Positions 1 through 9,595 of a DNA stretch of 64,000 nucleotides are shown one piece after another (positions within the stretch are counted from its first letter, which is position 1; every line of letters begins with the position of its first letter). Source of the stretch: an uncultured Candidatus Rokubacteria bacterium (GTDB lineage: Bacteria; Methylomirabilota; Methylomirabilia; Rokubacteriales; CSP1-6); assembly GCA_963789955.1 (NCBI GenBank), contig CAWBMV010000003.1:126011-190010 (forward strand), written 5' to 3'. Position numbers and translations under genes: made by a program. The notes under the pieces are model-generated. The model searched no databases. It saw nothing but the letters and a program-made list of their open reading frames with translations, and had not been told where the DNA came from.

Positions 1-460
1 AGCGCGCTTCGAGGTCACGCCGCGTGAACTCGGATGGGGTGATGATACGTGCCGCCCGGCGCAAGCTCCACGGGACCAGCGCGCGCAGTGCTAGCCGCAA
101 CCCGGGCGGGGATGACGCCACGTGGAGAAACGAGAGGTCATGAACCACGACCACGACAGGGCCCGCGTACGCCAGCGGCGCAAAGTATTGGACGTGGAGC
201 GCATCCACCCGCTCGGACGTCGCGGCCCGAGCAAGCGTCCACAGGATACGGCCGAGCCCGCCGTGCTGGGCGACGGCACGAATACGGAGGCCCGGAGTGG
301 CGCTGAGCGAGTGATAGAACGAATGGCCGGGCTCTCGTGCGAACAAGGTGAAGGTGTCGTCACCGTCGGCGGCGAGCAACGAACGGCACAAGTTCCTGGT
401 GTAGGTCGAGTTGCCCTCGCCCTCACGCTCACTGCCGTGCGTATCAATGCCGAAGTTCAT
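1..460 (-). CDS. GT4 (group 1) glycosyltransferase, N-terminal part, runs off the left edge
   Basis: Not in the ORF track. Manual translation from ATG at 460 gives MNFGIDTHGSEREGEGNSTYTRNL...VDALHVQYFAP...VVVVHDLSF...RAARIITPSEFTRRDL, open to position 1; typical GT4 N-terminal domain. Confidence 0.85.
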   Translation of the reverse strand, partial: MNFGIDTHGSEREGEGNSTYTRNLCRSLLAADGDDTFTLFAREPGHSFYHSLSATPGLRIRAVAQHGGLGRILWTLARAATSERVDALHVQYFAPLAYAGPVVVVVHDLSFLHVASSPPGLRLALRALVPWSLRRAARIITPSEFTRRDLEAR

Positions 461-663
461 GGAGGGGTGGCCCTGAATATACCTGTCACCGTCTTGATCG
501 GGGCCTTCGTCTTATTGACACGATGAGGCGCACCGGCTATTGTCCGGCGCACGCTGTAGCCGCCTATTGACGAAGGCGCGGGTCACTTTGGGAGGACCTT
601 TGTCGTGTGGACAGATTGTCGTTGTGATCTTCCCCGATACCCCGCCTGTCGGATCGCTGACCA

Positions 664-1080
664 ATGATGTGCCGCTTGCTTTCGGTCCAGTTGGTCGCGT
701 GCTTCGTACTCGCGGCCGGCTCCGGACCCGCGGCCCTCGATAAGGACGGGGCGATGCAGAAAATCAGCCCCGAGCTGCTTGCCCTCTACGATGCATACCT
801 CGCGGCACAGCGCCGCGGCATTCCTTTCACGGTCAACGATACGCTGGTTCGGGTTGTCGATGACCGGGTGATCGTCGACGCGGTCGCTTCCGGCAGCGGG
901 GCGGCTCTCGAGACAGACCTCAGAGCCATGGGAATGCGCGAGACCGTATCGGCAGGCCGGATCGTCTCGGGACAGCTACCGATCGCATCGATCGCCGCGC
1001 TGGCCAGCCTGCAGAGCCTCCGGTTCGTTCGGGCCGCCGCATCGGCAACACACGGGGGGACAGAGGGGAAGAGGCCATAG
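664..1080 (+). CDS. Secreted stand-alone subtilase prodomain-like protein
   Basis: Signal peptide. The mature part (KISPELLAL...PF...VIVDAVASG...LETDLRAMG...GRIVSGQLPIASIAALASLQSLRFVRAA) aligns by eye with the propeptide of the downstream peptidase; no catalytic domain. Confidence 0.75.
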   Translation: MMCRLLSVQLVACFVLAAGSGPAALDKDGAMQKISPELLALYDAYLAAQRRGIPFTVNDTLVRVVDDRVIVDAVASGSGAALETDLRAMGMRETVSAGRIVSGQLPIASIAALASLQSLRFVRAAASATHGGTEGKRP

Positions 1081-1156
1081 GACCGAATCGGTCGGTGTAG
1101 TGAAGCGGGGTTGCCGGCCAGTAGGGAGCACCCCCGATAGGACGGAGACACGGGCT

Positions 1157-4100
1157 ATGAATTGGCAGCTCCGGCTGTGGGTCGTTGCGCTTCTCGCGCT
1201 GGCAGCCGCGCCAGGCGTCGCGTGGGCCGACCGGACTCAGGCGACAAAGATCGCCGATGACCTGGCTTCGATTGCCGCCCAGCACGCAGCAGCCGCCGCT
1301 CGCGGTCTCCCGTTCCGTTCCGCCAACCGCTTTCTACCGGTCGCCAACGATTGGGTCACCATCGACGCCGTTGCCGCCGGCGACCCGCACGCCCTGGAGG
1401 CGGACTTCAGGCGGCTCGGCGCTCAACATGTTGCCGTCTCCGGTCGCGTCGTTTCGGCACGGCTGCCCATCTCGGCAATTTCCCTGTTGGAAAGCCTGGC
1501 GAGCCTGAGATTCGCCAAGCCGGCCTATTCCGCGACGAACGCCGGGTCAGTGACCAGCCAGGGCGACCGCGCGATGCGCGCGGACGTCGCGCGGGCGGCG
1601 CTGGGCGTCACCGGTGCAGGCATCACGGTCGGCGTGCTGTCGGATAGCTTCAACTGTCGCGGCGGCGCCGCGGCAGATGTGGCGACGGGTGACCTGTCAC
1701 CGGTCACGGTCCTTCAGGACGAACCCGGCTGCGGCTCGGGAACCGACGAGGGCCGGGCGATGCTGCAGATCGTCCACGACGTCGCCCCGGGCGCAGGCCT
1801 TTCCTTCGCGACGGCGTTTGCAGGCATGGCGAGCTTCGCCGCCAACATCAGGGCCCTGGCTGCCGCGGGCGCCCGGGTGATCGTCGACGATGTCATCTAT
1901 TTCGGCGAGCCGATGTTCCAGGACGGTGTGATTGCTCAGGCGGTCGACAGCGTGACGGCCGGCGGCGTGACCTACTTCTCCGCGGCAGGCAACTACGCTC
2001 GCCAGTCGTATGACCATGCATTCGTGGCGGGGACCGCATTTCCCATTGGCGCTTTCCCGGGCTTCATCGGAGGTATTGCTCACGACTTTGGCGGTGGCGA
2101 CGTCTTCCAACGTGTCACCCTTCCTCCATCCAGCAGCTTTCTTCTGGTGCTTCAGTGGGATTCCCCCACTTTCTCTGTCGGCGGCGTCGGGACGCCAAAC
2201 GACGTCGATGTCTACATCTTCAACGCTGCAGCGACGCAAGTCCTCAGCGCGGCCACGACCAACAACGTCGCGTCCGGGGATCCGGTCGAGTTCCTCAGCT
2301 TCGTCAACTCTGGAGCCGCAGCGCTCGACGTCAACATCATGATCGTGACGCGGACGGGCCCGAACCCCGGACGCATCAAGTATGTGCTCGCCGGCGACAA
2401 CCGCGCCGTCATTCAGCAGTTCACGACGAATAGCGGAACCATCTACGGTCATGCGAACGCCCTGGGCGCGGCCGCGGTCGGCGCGGCGTTCTATGGGTGG
2501 ACACCCGAGTTCGGCGTCAATCCGCCGATCCTGGAATCGTTCTCCTCGGGCGGGACGACACCGATCTTATTCAACACGGCCGGTACTCGGCTCGGAACAC
2601 CAGATCCCCGGGCGAACAAGCCGCTGATCGTGGCACCTGACGGCGCGGATACGACGTTCTTCGGCACTGACATTGAAGCGAATGGCTTTCCCAACTTCTT
2701 CGGGACGTCGGCAGCCGCGCCGCACGCGGCCGGCGTCGCCGCGCTGATTCTGCAGGCCGCCCCGACGATGCCGCCGGCCCAGGTGCTGGCGACGTTGCAA
2801 AGCACGGCACTCGACATGGAGACGTCGGGCTTCGACAACGACTCCGGATTCGGTCTCATCCAGGCTGACGCCGCATTGAGGTCACTCTTGAACGTTGCCG
2901 GAGTCACGCCGAATCCGATCGATCTGGCCAGCACGCCGGTGTCGTTCACGATCTCGGGCCAGGGCTTCGCCGACAGTGGCTTCGGCCTACCAGTGGCGAA
3001 CTTCGTAAGAGGCGGCAGTGTAGTCGGGCAGGCGCGGGCGACAGGGTTGACCGGCAGCACGACGCTGACCGTGCCGTTTCCGACCAACACGACGAGTCTG
3101 AACGGGCCGCTGCCGGGGCTCACGGCCGGGACGGTCCAGGTGCAGATCTACAATCAGACGGGCTCGGCGAGCTGGGCGCTCGTGGGGAGCAACACGCTCA
3201 CGGTCAACGACACGCGGCCGTGCCCGCTCTGCGTGACGGGCATCAGCCCGAGCCCGATCGATCTGGCCAGCGCGCCAGCGTTGTTCACGATCGCGGGGGA
3301 GGGCTTGGCCAACAATGGCTTCGGCCTGCCGGTGGCGAACTTCATGAGCGGCGGCACGATCGTCGGGCAGGCGCGGGCGACGGGGTTGACCGGCAGCACG
3401 ACCCTGACGGTACCGTTTCCGACGAACACGACGAGTCTGAACGGACCGCTGCCGGGGCTGAGGGCGGGGACGGTGCAAGTGCAGGTCTACAACCAGACCG
3501 GTTCGGCAAGCTGGCAGTTCGTGGGGAGCATCACGCTCACCATCGATGACACGCGACCGTGCGCGCTGTGCGTGACGGGCATCAGCCCCAACCCGATCGA
3601 TCTGGCCAGTACGCCGGCATCGTTCACGGTCGCAGGGCAGGGCTTGGCCAACAATGGCTTCGGCCTGCCAGTCGCGAACTTCGTCATCGGCGGCAGTGTG
3701 GTGGGGCAGGCGCGCGCGACGCAGCTGACAAGTAACACGACGCTGACGGTGCCGTTTCCAACGAACGCGACAAGTCTGAACGGACCACTGCCGGGGCTGG
3801 CGGCGGGGCAGGTTCTGGTGCAGGTGTACAACCAAACGGGGGTGGCGAGTTGGGCGTTCGTGGGGAGCATCACGCTCACCGTCAACGATACGCGGCCGTG
3901 CCCGCTGTGCGTGAGGAGCATCAGTCCCAACCCGATCGATCTGGCCAGTTCGCCGGCGTCGTTGACGATCGCGGGCGGGGGCTTCACGAACAGTGGCTTC
4001 GGCCTGCCGGTCGCGAACTTCACGAGTGGCGGCACGGTCGTAGGACAGGCGCGAGCGACGGGGTCAAGCGGCAACACGATGCTGACGGTGCCATTTCCGA

Positions 4101-4270
4101 CGAACGCGACGAGTCTGAACGGGCCGCTGCCGGGGCTAGCGGCGGGAGCGGTGCAGGTTCAAGTGTTCAACCAAACTGGGGCGGCGAGTTGGATGCTGGT
4201 GGGAAGCATCACGCTGACGGTTAACGCGACACCGTCGTGCGCACAGTGCGTGAGCGCGGACCGCCCGTGA
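1157..4270 (+). CDS. Secreted S8/S53-like serine peptidase with four C-terminal Ig/IPT-like repeats
   Basis: ATG 1157 with upstream GGAG, signal peptide, propeptide. Motifs VGVLSDS, DEGRAMLQIVHDVAPGA, SAAGN and FFGTSAAAPHAAG. Confidence 0.9.
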   Translation: MNWQLRLWVVALLALAAAPGVAWADRTQATKIADDLASIAAQHAAAAARGLPFRSANRFLPVANDWVTIDAVAAGDPHALEADFRRLGAQHVAVSGRVVSARLPISAISLLESLASLRFAKPAYSATNAGSVTSQGDRAMRADVARAALGVTGAGITVGVLSDSFNCRGGAAADVATGDLSPVTVLQDEPGCGSGTDEGRAMLQIVHDVAPGAGLSFATAFAGMASFAANIRALAAAGARVIVDDVIYFGEPMFQDGVIAQAVDSVTAGGVTYFSAAGNYARQSYDHAFVAGTAFPIGAFPGFIGGIAHDFGGGDVFQRVTLPPSSSFLLVLQWDSPTFSVGGVGTPNDVDVYIFNAAATQVLSAATTNNVASGDPVEFLSFVNSGAAALDVNIMIVTRTGPNPGRIKYVLAGDNRAVIQQFTTNSGTIYGHANALGAAAVGAAFYGWTPEFGVNPPILESFSSGGTTPILFNTAGTRLGTPDPRANKPLIVAPDGADTTFFGTDIEANGFPNFFGTSAAAPHAAGVAALILQAAPTMPPAQVLATLQSTALDMETSGFDNDSGFGLIQADAALRSLLNVAGVTPNPIDLASTPVSFTISGQGFADSGFGLPVANFVRGGSVVGQARATGLTGSTTLTVPFPTNTTSLNGPLPGLTAGTVQVQIYNQTGSASWALVGSNTLTVNDTRPCPLCVTGISPSPIDLASAPALFTIAGEGLANNGFGLPVANFMSGGTIVGQARATGLTGSTTLTVPFPTNTTSLNGPLPGLRAGTVQVQVYNQTGSASWQFVGSITLTIDDTRPCALCVTGISPNPIDLASTPASFTVAGQGLANNGFGLPVANFVIGGSVVGQARATQLTSNTTLTVPFPTNATSLNGPLPGLAAGQVLVQVYNQTGVASWAFVGSITLTVNDTRPCPLCVRSISPNPIDLASSPASLTIAGGGFTNSGFGLPVANFTSGGTVVGQARATGSSGNTMLTVPFPTNATSLNGPLPGLAAGAVQVQVFNQTGAASWMLVGSITLTVNATPSCAQCVSADRP
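2895..4250 (+). repeat. Four tandem 339-bp (113-aa) intragenic repeats
   Basis: CCGATCGATCTGGCCAG recurs at 2915, 3254, 3593 and 3932 (339-bp spacing). Protein unit PIDLAS...GFGLPVANF...SLNGPLPGL...CxxCV. Confidence 0.95.
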
Positions 4271-4586
4271 CGGGTGGCGATGGGAGCGAGTAGTCAGCGC
4301 GGCAAAGGCATCCGCGGCATGGGGGTGAACTGTATCGACGTTTGTAATCGGTTCCGGCGAGGATGGCCAGCACCGCCGTCTGAGCGTCGGCGATGCTCTC
4401 CCCCGCTGCTTCATCCCGCGCGATCTTGACGAGAACTCGAACGTGGCCCTTGTCGCGGACGTCCTGGAAGAGCTCTTCGGGAATACGGGGCTGGTCCATG
4501 GAGTTCCCGGTTCTTACAAGAGCACTGAGAATCAGAAACGTGAGTGCGACCAGGGGCGGTGGCACTCGGTGTTGGGCTCTCCGCAC
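4221..4586 (-). CDS. Secreted prodomain-like protein, probably C-terminally truncated or degenerate
   Basis: Strong RBS GGAGGTGA (4591-4598) before GTG, hydrophobic leader. RIPEELFQDVRDKGHVRVLVKI...IADAQTAVLAILAGTDYK resembles the start of subtilase propeptides; similarity fades after ~4330. Confidence 0.5.
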   Translation of the reverse strand: MRRAQHRVPPPLVALTFLILSALVRTGNSMDQPRIPEELFQDVRDKGHVRVLVKIARDEAAGESIADAQTAVLAILAGTDYKRRYSSPPCRGCLCRADYSLPSPPVTGGPRSRTVRTTVSR

Positions 4587-4636
4587 CTGGTCACCTCCAA
4601 AGTCGAATGCCAGGCTGTACGATACTTCCGGAAAAA

Positions 4637-4672
4637 GTGATGGCCGCTTCAGTAGTGATGGCCGCTTCAGTA
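4637..4672. repeat. Perfect 18-bp tandem duplication GTGATGGCCGCTTCAGTA x2
   Basis: Read directly in the intergenic sequence. Confidence 0.95.
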
Positions 4673-4790
4673 GAGCGGAGCGGGCGGAGGCTGTCAGGCC
4701 TAAGCGTGAGGGGACCGTTGGGCCGGAGACGGCAGGGTGGTGCGGCTATAGCGACGCCAGACCGTAGGACTACTACTTAGGGGAAGTACG

Positions 4791-6201
4791 TCAGTGAGCG
4801 CCGGTCCCGCGCAGAACCTCCGGGAGGGTCGCCAGCAAAATCCGCAGATCGAGCGCGAGCGACCACTGGTCGACGTACTCGAGATCCATTCGCATCCACT
4901 CGTCGAAGTCCACCGTACTCCGGCCGCGCGTCTGCCATAACCCGCTCAGGCCTGGGCGCATGGCAAGTCTTCGACGCTGCACGCCCTTGATCCGGCTCGC
5001 CTCGTACAGGGGCAGCGGCCGCGGGCCGACGAGGCTCATCTCGCCCTTGATCACGTTAATGAGCTGAGGCAGCTCGTCCACGCTGTAGCGTCGGATGAAC
5101 CGGCCGAGCCGAGTTCGACGGGGATCGTCACTCACCTTGAAGACCGGACCGTTCATCTCGTTGAGATGCAGGAGGTCGCTCCGTCGCTGCTCCGCGTCCG
5201 CGACCATCGTGCGGAGCTTGTACATCTCGAAGGCCCGACCGTGAAAGCCGCTACGAATCTGACGGAAGATGACCGGGCCGCGTGAGGAGACGCGGATGAG
5301 CGCTGCTACGACTCCGAGCAGCGGGAGCGTCAGAGCGAGAATGAGCACGGCACCGACGACGTCGATCGCACGCTTGACAGCGAACGCGCCCTGACGCGTG
5401 AGGGTCGGGGAGACACCGTAGAAGGGTAGGGTGAAGAGCTCCTCGACGTACGAGTGCGCGTGGGCAGGCCGGTAGAGGTCGACCAGCACACGCGCGTCCA
5501 CGCCGAGGTTCTCGCAGGCCTCCAGGGCCTCGCTGAGCCGATCGAGGCGGTCGGCCGGGACCGCGAAGAAGACCTCGTCGACGACCACGTCCTCCTGGAG
5601 CAGATCCGGAAGGTCCTGCAGGGTGCCGATGACCGGAACGCTGCCGACGCTTCGCACCGCGTCGGCCGGGTCCACGCTCAGGCAGCCGCGCACCAGCCAG
5701 CCCGCCTCTGGATAGCGCCGCAAGGACGCGATCAGCCGCTCGGCGCGCTCGTCGGTGCCCACCACGATGGCGACGTGCGACCAGCGTTCCCCGCGCCGGC
5801 GAAGCCACGCCAGCACTAGGGTGCGCTCGACCCAGAGGCCGACGGCGCTGACACCGGTGAAGAGGAGCAGGAGGCTGCGATTGATGTCGCCCTCCCGGGC
5901 GAAGAACAGCGACGCGGTCACCAGCAGCAGGCCGATGATGTTGACCCTGGCCACCAGCCATGCGCGCGAGCGCGCCATCCAGCCAAGGCCGTAGCCACCG
6001 AAGGCGGCGAGCAGGACGACCCATACCGGCACGATCGAGTCCGAGCAGCCAGAGGTAATGCGCGAGCGGGCCAGCGTTTCGCGCGAGCGGATTGTTGAGG
6101 GCCACTCGCACTGCGTACGCGCCCAGAAGCGAGCCGAGCAGCACGCAGGCGTCGGCGACGGCCAGCCGCAGGGCCCACATCGCGCGGCGCTTGCCGAGCA
6201 C
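4791..6201 (-). CDS. Initiating polyprenyl phosphoglycosyl transferase (WcaJ/CpsE-type sugar transferase), frameshift near 6035-6040
   Basis: N-terminal TM segments in ORF 5251..6201 continue in ORF 4791..6032. C-terminal motifs KRAIDV, YKLRTM, DDPRRTRLGRFIRRYSVDELPQL, GEMSLVGPRP, PGLSGLWQ and DLEYV. Confidence 0.9.
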
Positions 6202-7313
6202 TAGCGGGCCTCGCTCAACACTTCGTGAAAAAGCTGCTCGTATGCGTCCGTGACCGACTCCCAGGAGTAGTGCTCGCGGACGCGTTCCCGCGCGCGTTCT
6301 CCGGTCTCTTGCACGATCGCTGGATCCTTGAGCAAGCGTTCCAGAACCGTCCGGAGGCTCGCGGCACCGACGGAACCCTCGTAGCTGAACCCGGCGGCGG
6401 CGATCGTCTCGAGATTCTCCGGAGTATCATTGACGACGACGCACCGACCGAGCGCCATCGCTTCCAGGAGCGCCGGATGGGTGCCGCCGACCTCGGAGGT
6501 TTCCACGACACAGTAGGCGTTACCGGCCAGCTCGCGGTACCCTTCGCCGAAGAGGTAGCCCGTGAAGATGACTCGGGGGTCCGTCGTAGCCCGGAGCCGG
6601 TTGATGTACGGGGCGGCGTAGGGAGCATCGCCGACGATCACGCACCGGAAATCCGTGGCGAGCCCGACAAACGATTCCACGAGGTGATGGGCGCAGTTCT
6701 CGGGAACCAGCCGGCCCACGAAGAGGATATACCGGCCCGGGACGAGCCCGTACTGCTCGAGGTATCGGCCCGGCGGTACGCTCATGGGCTCGGCGCCGTA
6801 AGCAATGTACGTCGGGGACGGCGCGCCGTACCGGGCGAGGTAGTACTCCTGAACCCGCCGTGAGTCGGTAACCACTCGATGCGGAAAGCGCATGGCCCAG
6901 CGCTCGGAGGCTCGAATGTACCACCGCGCCACGCGGCCCCACTTCTTGCGCTTCCAGTCGAGCCCATCGACATTGAGAACCACTCGCTGGCCGGCCAGAC
7001 GCGGGATCCACGTCACGATGCTGCAGCCGACGTTGAAGAACAGGGCGATGTCGTACCTCTGGGACAACGCGTGGAAGGCCGAGAGCAGGCCGTGCGTGAT
7101 GGTGTCGAGGTGCTTGCTGCGGATGGTCGGGAGCTTGACCAGGCGCATTCCGCGATACGCGCTGCCCTTATAGGTGATGTGGGGAACCCGGCAATAGACG
7201 GTGACGTCGTGGCCGCGCGCCGCGAGCCTGGTCCCTAACTCCTCGGCGCAGGTTTCGAACCCGCTGTAGCTTGCCGGCACGCCACGCGTGCCCAGCATAC
7301 CGATACGGATCAC
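6201..7313 (-). CDS. GT4 glycosyltransferase (DUF1972-type N-terminus)
   Basis: IGMLGTRGVPASYSGFETCAEEL, NVDGLDWKRKKW, FVGRLVPEN and GGTHPALLEAMA. Likely GTG start at 7313; stop overlaps the next start. Confidence 0.9.
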   Translation of the reverse strand: MIRIGMLGTRGVPASYSGFETCAEELGTRLAARGHDVTVYCRVPHITYKGSAYRGMRLVKLPTIRSKHLDTITHGLLSAFHALSQRYDIALFFNVGCSIVTWIPRLAGQRVVLNVDGLDWKRKKWGRVARWYIRASERWAMRFPHRVVTDSRRVQEYYLARYGAPSPTYIAYGAEPMSVPPGRYLEQYGLVPGRYILFVGRLVPENCAHHLVESFVGLATDFRCVIVGDAPYAAPYINRLRATTDPRVIFTGYLFGEGYRELAGNAYCVVETSEVGGTHPALLEAMALGRCVVVNDTPENLETIAAAGFSYEGSVGAASLRTVLERLLKDPAIVQETGERARERVREHYSWESVTDAYEQLFHEVLSEAR

Positions 7314-7651
7314 AGACAACGCGGTCGCGAGGCCATGGAGCGCCCCCAGGTGACGAAAGCTCAAAAAACGAGCACAACGTGGACACCGGCGCATCCACGG
7401 GCTCGCGTGAGAGTTGGTGGCGAAGTGCCGACCTTTTACCACGATACCGACGGGCGTTCAAGCGATCGGCGAAGGCGCACGGGGCGCAACTGGCGAAATT
7501 TTGCGCGTGAACGGGCACGGCTCGCAAAAAAGCCTGACCGGTGCTATCGCTTGCCCCGTTCCGCGTATTCCAGTAGTTTCAAGCGCATGCGCAGGCTAGC
7601 CCGCCGGTTTGGGTTTCGCAGGCCACACCGATCGGTTATCCTCGGAGACCG

Positions 7652-7912
7652 ATGTCCCCGTCTGACGTCGGGATTGAGGCAGAGGTCGTTGCGATCGTGA
7701 AGCGCATCAGCCGCCAACCGGTCGAGCCGAGCGCCGAGAGTGACCTAGCGCTCGACCTCGGCTTCGATTCCATGCGCGTCTTCGAGTTGATCGCCGCGCT
7801 CGAGGATCGCTTCGACGTCTCGATCCCATTGAACGACATCGAGACGATCCGGACCGTCGCTCAGGTGGGCGAGTACCTTCGCGACCTGATCGAGCGGCCG
7901 GCTGGATGTTGA
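7652..7912 (+). CDS. Acyl carrier protein
   Basis: 86 aa, acidic, DLGFDSM phosphopantetheine site, LEDRFDVSIP; overlaps the FAAL start. Confidence 0.92.
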   Translation: MSPSDVGIEAEVVAIVKRISRQPVEPSAESDLALDLGFDSMRVFELIAALEDRFDVSIPLNDIETIRTVAQVGEYLRDLIERPAGC

Positions 7913-9585
7913 TGATCCGGACAGTCGCGCAGGCGCTCGACGACGCCGCGGCCGGCTCCGGCGGCTTCACGTTCGTCCGCGACAACGATCGCGAGCTCGT
8001 AACGCCGTTCAAGGTGCTGCGCGACTCGGCGCTTGCCGTGGGGGGCGCACTGCGCGCTCGTGGCCTCGATCGGGGCGACTGTGTCGCTCTCCTGATTCCG
8101 GAGGCCGATGGCTTTCTCACCGCCTTTCTTGGCGTTTCGCTGGCCGGTCTCGTGCCGATCCCGCTCGCGCATTCTCTCGACATCGGCCGGCTCGGCGCCG
8201 ACGTCGAGAAGGTCGCGTCCTTCCTTCGTGTCGCCGGCGCGCGCGCGATCGTCACGAGCTCGCGCCTGCTCCCGTCGCTTCGCCCGTTGCAGTCGGTCGC
8301 GCCGACCGTGAAGCTCGTGGCCCCATGGAATGATCTTACCGGACCGGCGTTGGGAGCATCGGAGCCTGCCGACCCCGACGCGCCCGCGCTGCTCCAGTTC
8401 ACCTCGGGCTCCACGTCGCAGCCGAGAGGTGTCGTCCTCACTCACGCCAACCTCTCCACGAACGTAGACGCGATCAGTGGGCCCCACGGCCTGGGGCTCG
8501 ACCACACGGATATCGCTGTCAGCTGGCTGCCTCTGTTCCACGATATGGGCCTCATCGGCGTGGCCCTGTGTACGCTCTACGTCGGGTGCCGCGGCGTGTT
8601 CCTGTCGCCGGCGGAGTTTCTGAAGCGACCGGTGTCCTGGCTCCGTGCCATCACCCGGTATCGCGGCACGGCCAGCTTCGCTCCGAACTTCGCCTATGAG
8701 ATGTGCGTGCGGCGGGTCAAGGATGCCGAGCTAGACGGTCTCGACCTGGCGTCGTGGCGCGTGGCCGGCTGCGGTGCAGAGCCGATCCAGGTGGCCACAC
8801 TCCAGGCCTTTGCCACGAAGTTCGCGCACACCGGATTTCGCGCCGCGAGCCTGGTCGCCGCGTACGGCCTGGCGGAGCACACGCTCGCCGTCACCCTTGC
8901 GCCGCGCGATCGTGGCTTGCGCGTGGATGCCGTTCGCGCCCCGGAGCTGATCGCCCACGGGCGCGCCGTGCCCTGCTCCCCCGATTCTCCCGACGCTTCA
9001 CGCCTCGTCGGTTGCGGCCGACCATTCCCAGACCACGCGCTCCGAGTGGTCGACGACGACGGCCAGCCAGTCGGGGAGCGCATCGTCGGCGAGATCCTCG
9101 TGTCCGGGCCTTCGGTGATGCGGGGTTACGTGAGCGCGCCGGACGCGACTGCCGGTGTCGTTCGAGAGCGCTGGCTCCCCACGGGCGACCTTGGGTATCT
9201 GGCCGACGGAGAGCTCTTCGTCTGCGGCCGCCGAAAGGAGATGATCATCGTCGGCGGTCGCAACTACTTTCCCCAGGACATCGAGCGAGTCGTGGATGAG
9301 GTGCCGGGTGTGCGTGCGGGGGGCGTGGCCGCGTTCGCGGCAACCGCCCCGGGACACCCAGACAGAGCGGTCTTGGTTGTCGAGACTCGCGGGCCGGTGT
9401 CTGCGGACGCGCTTCAGGCCGAGGTGCGGCGCCGGGTGCTCCAGGCGACTGGCCTCGCCGTTGACGAGATCGTCCTCGCGTCAAACGGGACGATCGACCG
9501 AACGACCAGCGGCAAGCTCCGCCGGGCCGAGTTGCGCCAGCGATACGCGGCGGGGACGCTGGTTCCTCTAAGCGAGCGCGGGTGA
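7906..9585 (+). CDS. Fatty acyl-AMP ligase (FAAL)
   Basis: LLQFTSGSTSQPRGV, SWLPLFHDMGLIG, APNFAY, AYGLAEHTL, TGDLGY and TTSGKLRR. FAAL-type insertion between AEHTLAVT and LVGCGRP. Confidence 0.9.
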   Translation: MLMIRTVAQALDDAAAGSGGFTFVRDNDRELVTPFKVLRDSALAVGGALRARGLDRGDCVALLIPEADGFLTAFLGVSLAGLVPIPLAHSLDIGRLGADVEKVASFLRVAGARAIVTSSRLLPSLRPLQSVAPTVKLVAPWNDLTGPALGASEPADPDAPALLQFTSGSTSQPRGVVLTHANLSTNVDAISGPHGLGLDHTDIAVSWLPLFHDMGLIGVALCTLYVGCRGVFLSPAEFLKRPVSWLRAITRYRGTASFAPNFAYEMCVRRVKDAELDGLDLASWRVAGCGAEPIQVATLQAFATKFAHTGFRAASLVAAYGLAEHTLAVTLAPRDRGLRVDAVRAPELIAHGRAVPCSPDSPDASRLVGCGRPFPDHALRVVDDDGQPVGERIVGEILVSGPSVMRGYVSAPDATAGVVRERWLPTGDLGYLADGELFVCGRRKEMIIVGGRNYFPQDIERVVDEVPGVRAGGVAAFAATAPGHPDRAVLVVETRGPVSADALQAEVRRRVLQATGLAVDEIVLASNGTIDRTTSGKLRRAELRQRYAAGTLVPLSERG

Positions 9586-9595
9586 GGGGAGTCCC

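Noticed and set aside
122..526. 134-aa plus-strand ORF
   Set aside because: Antisense shadow of the GT4 gene on the minus strand.
2895..4250. Regular repeats as a possible CRISPR array or DGR template
   Set aside because: 339-bp in-frame coding repeats with no spacers; no cas or reverse transcriptase gene in the window.
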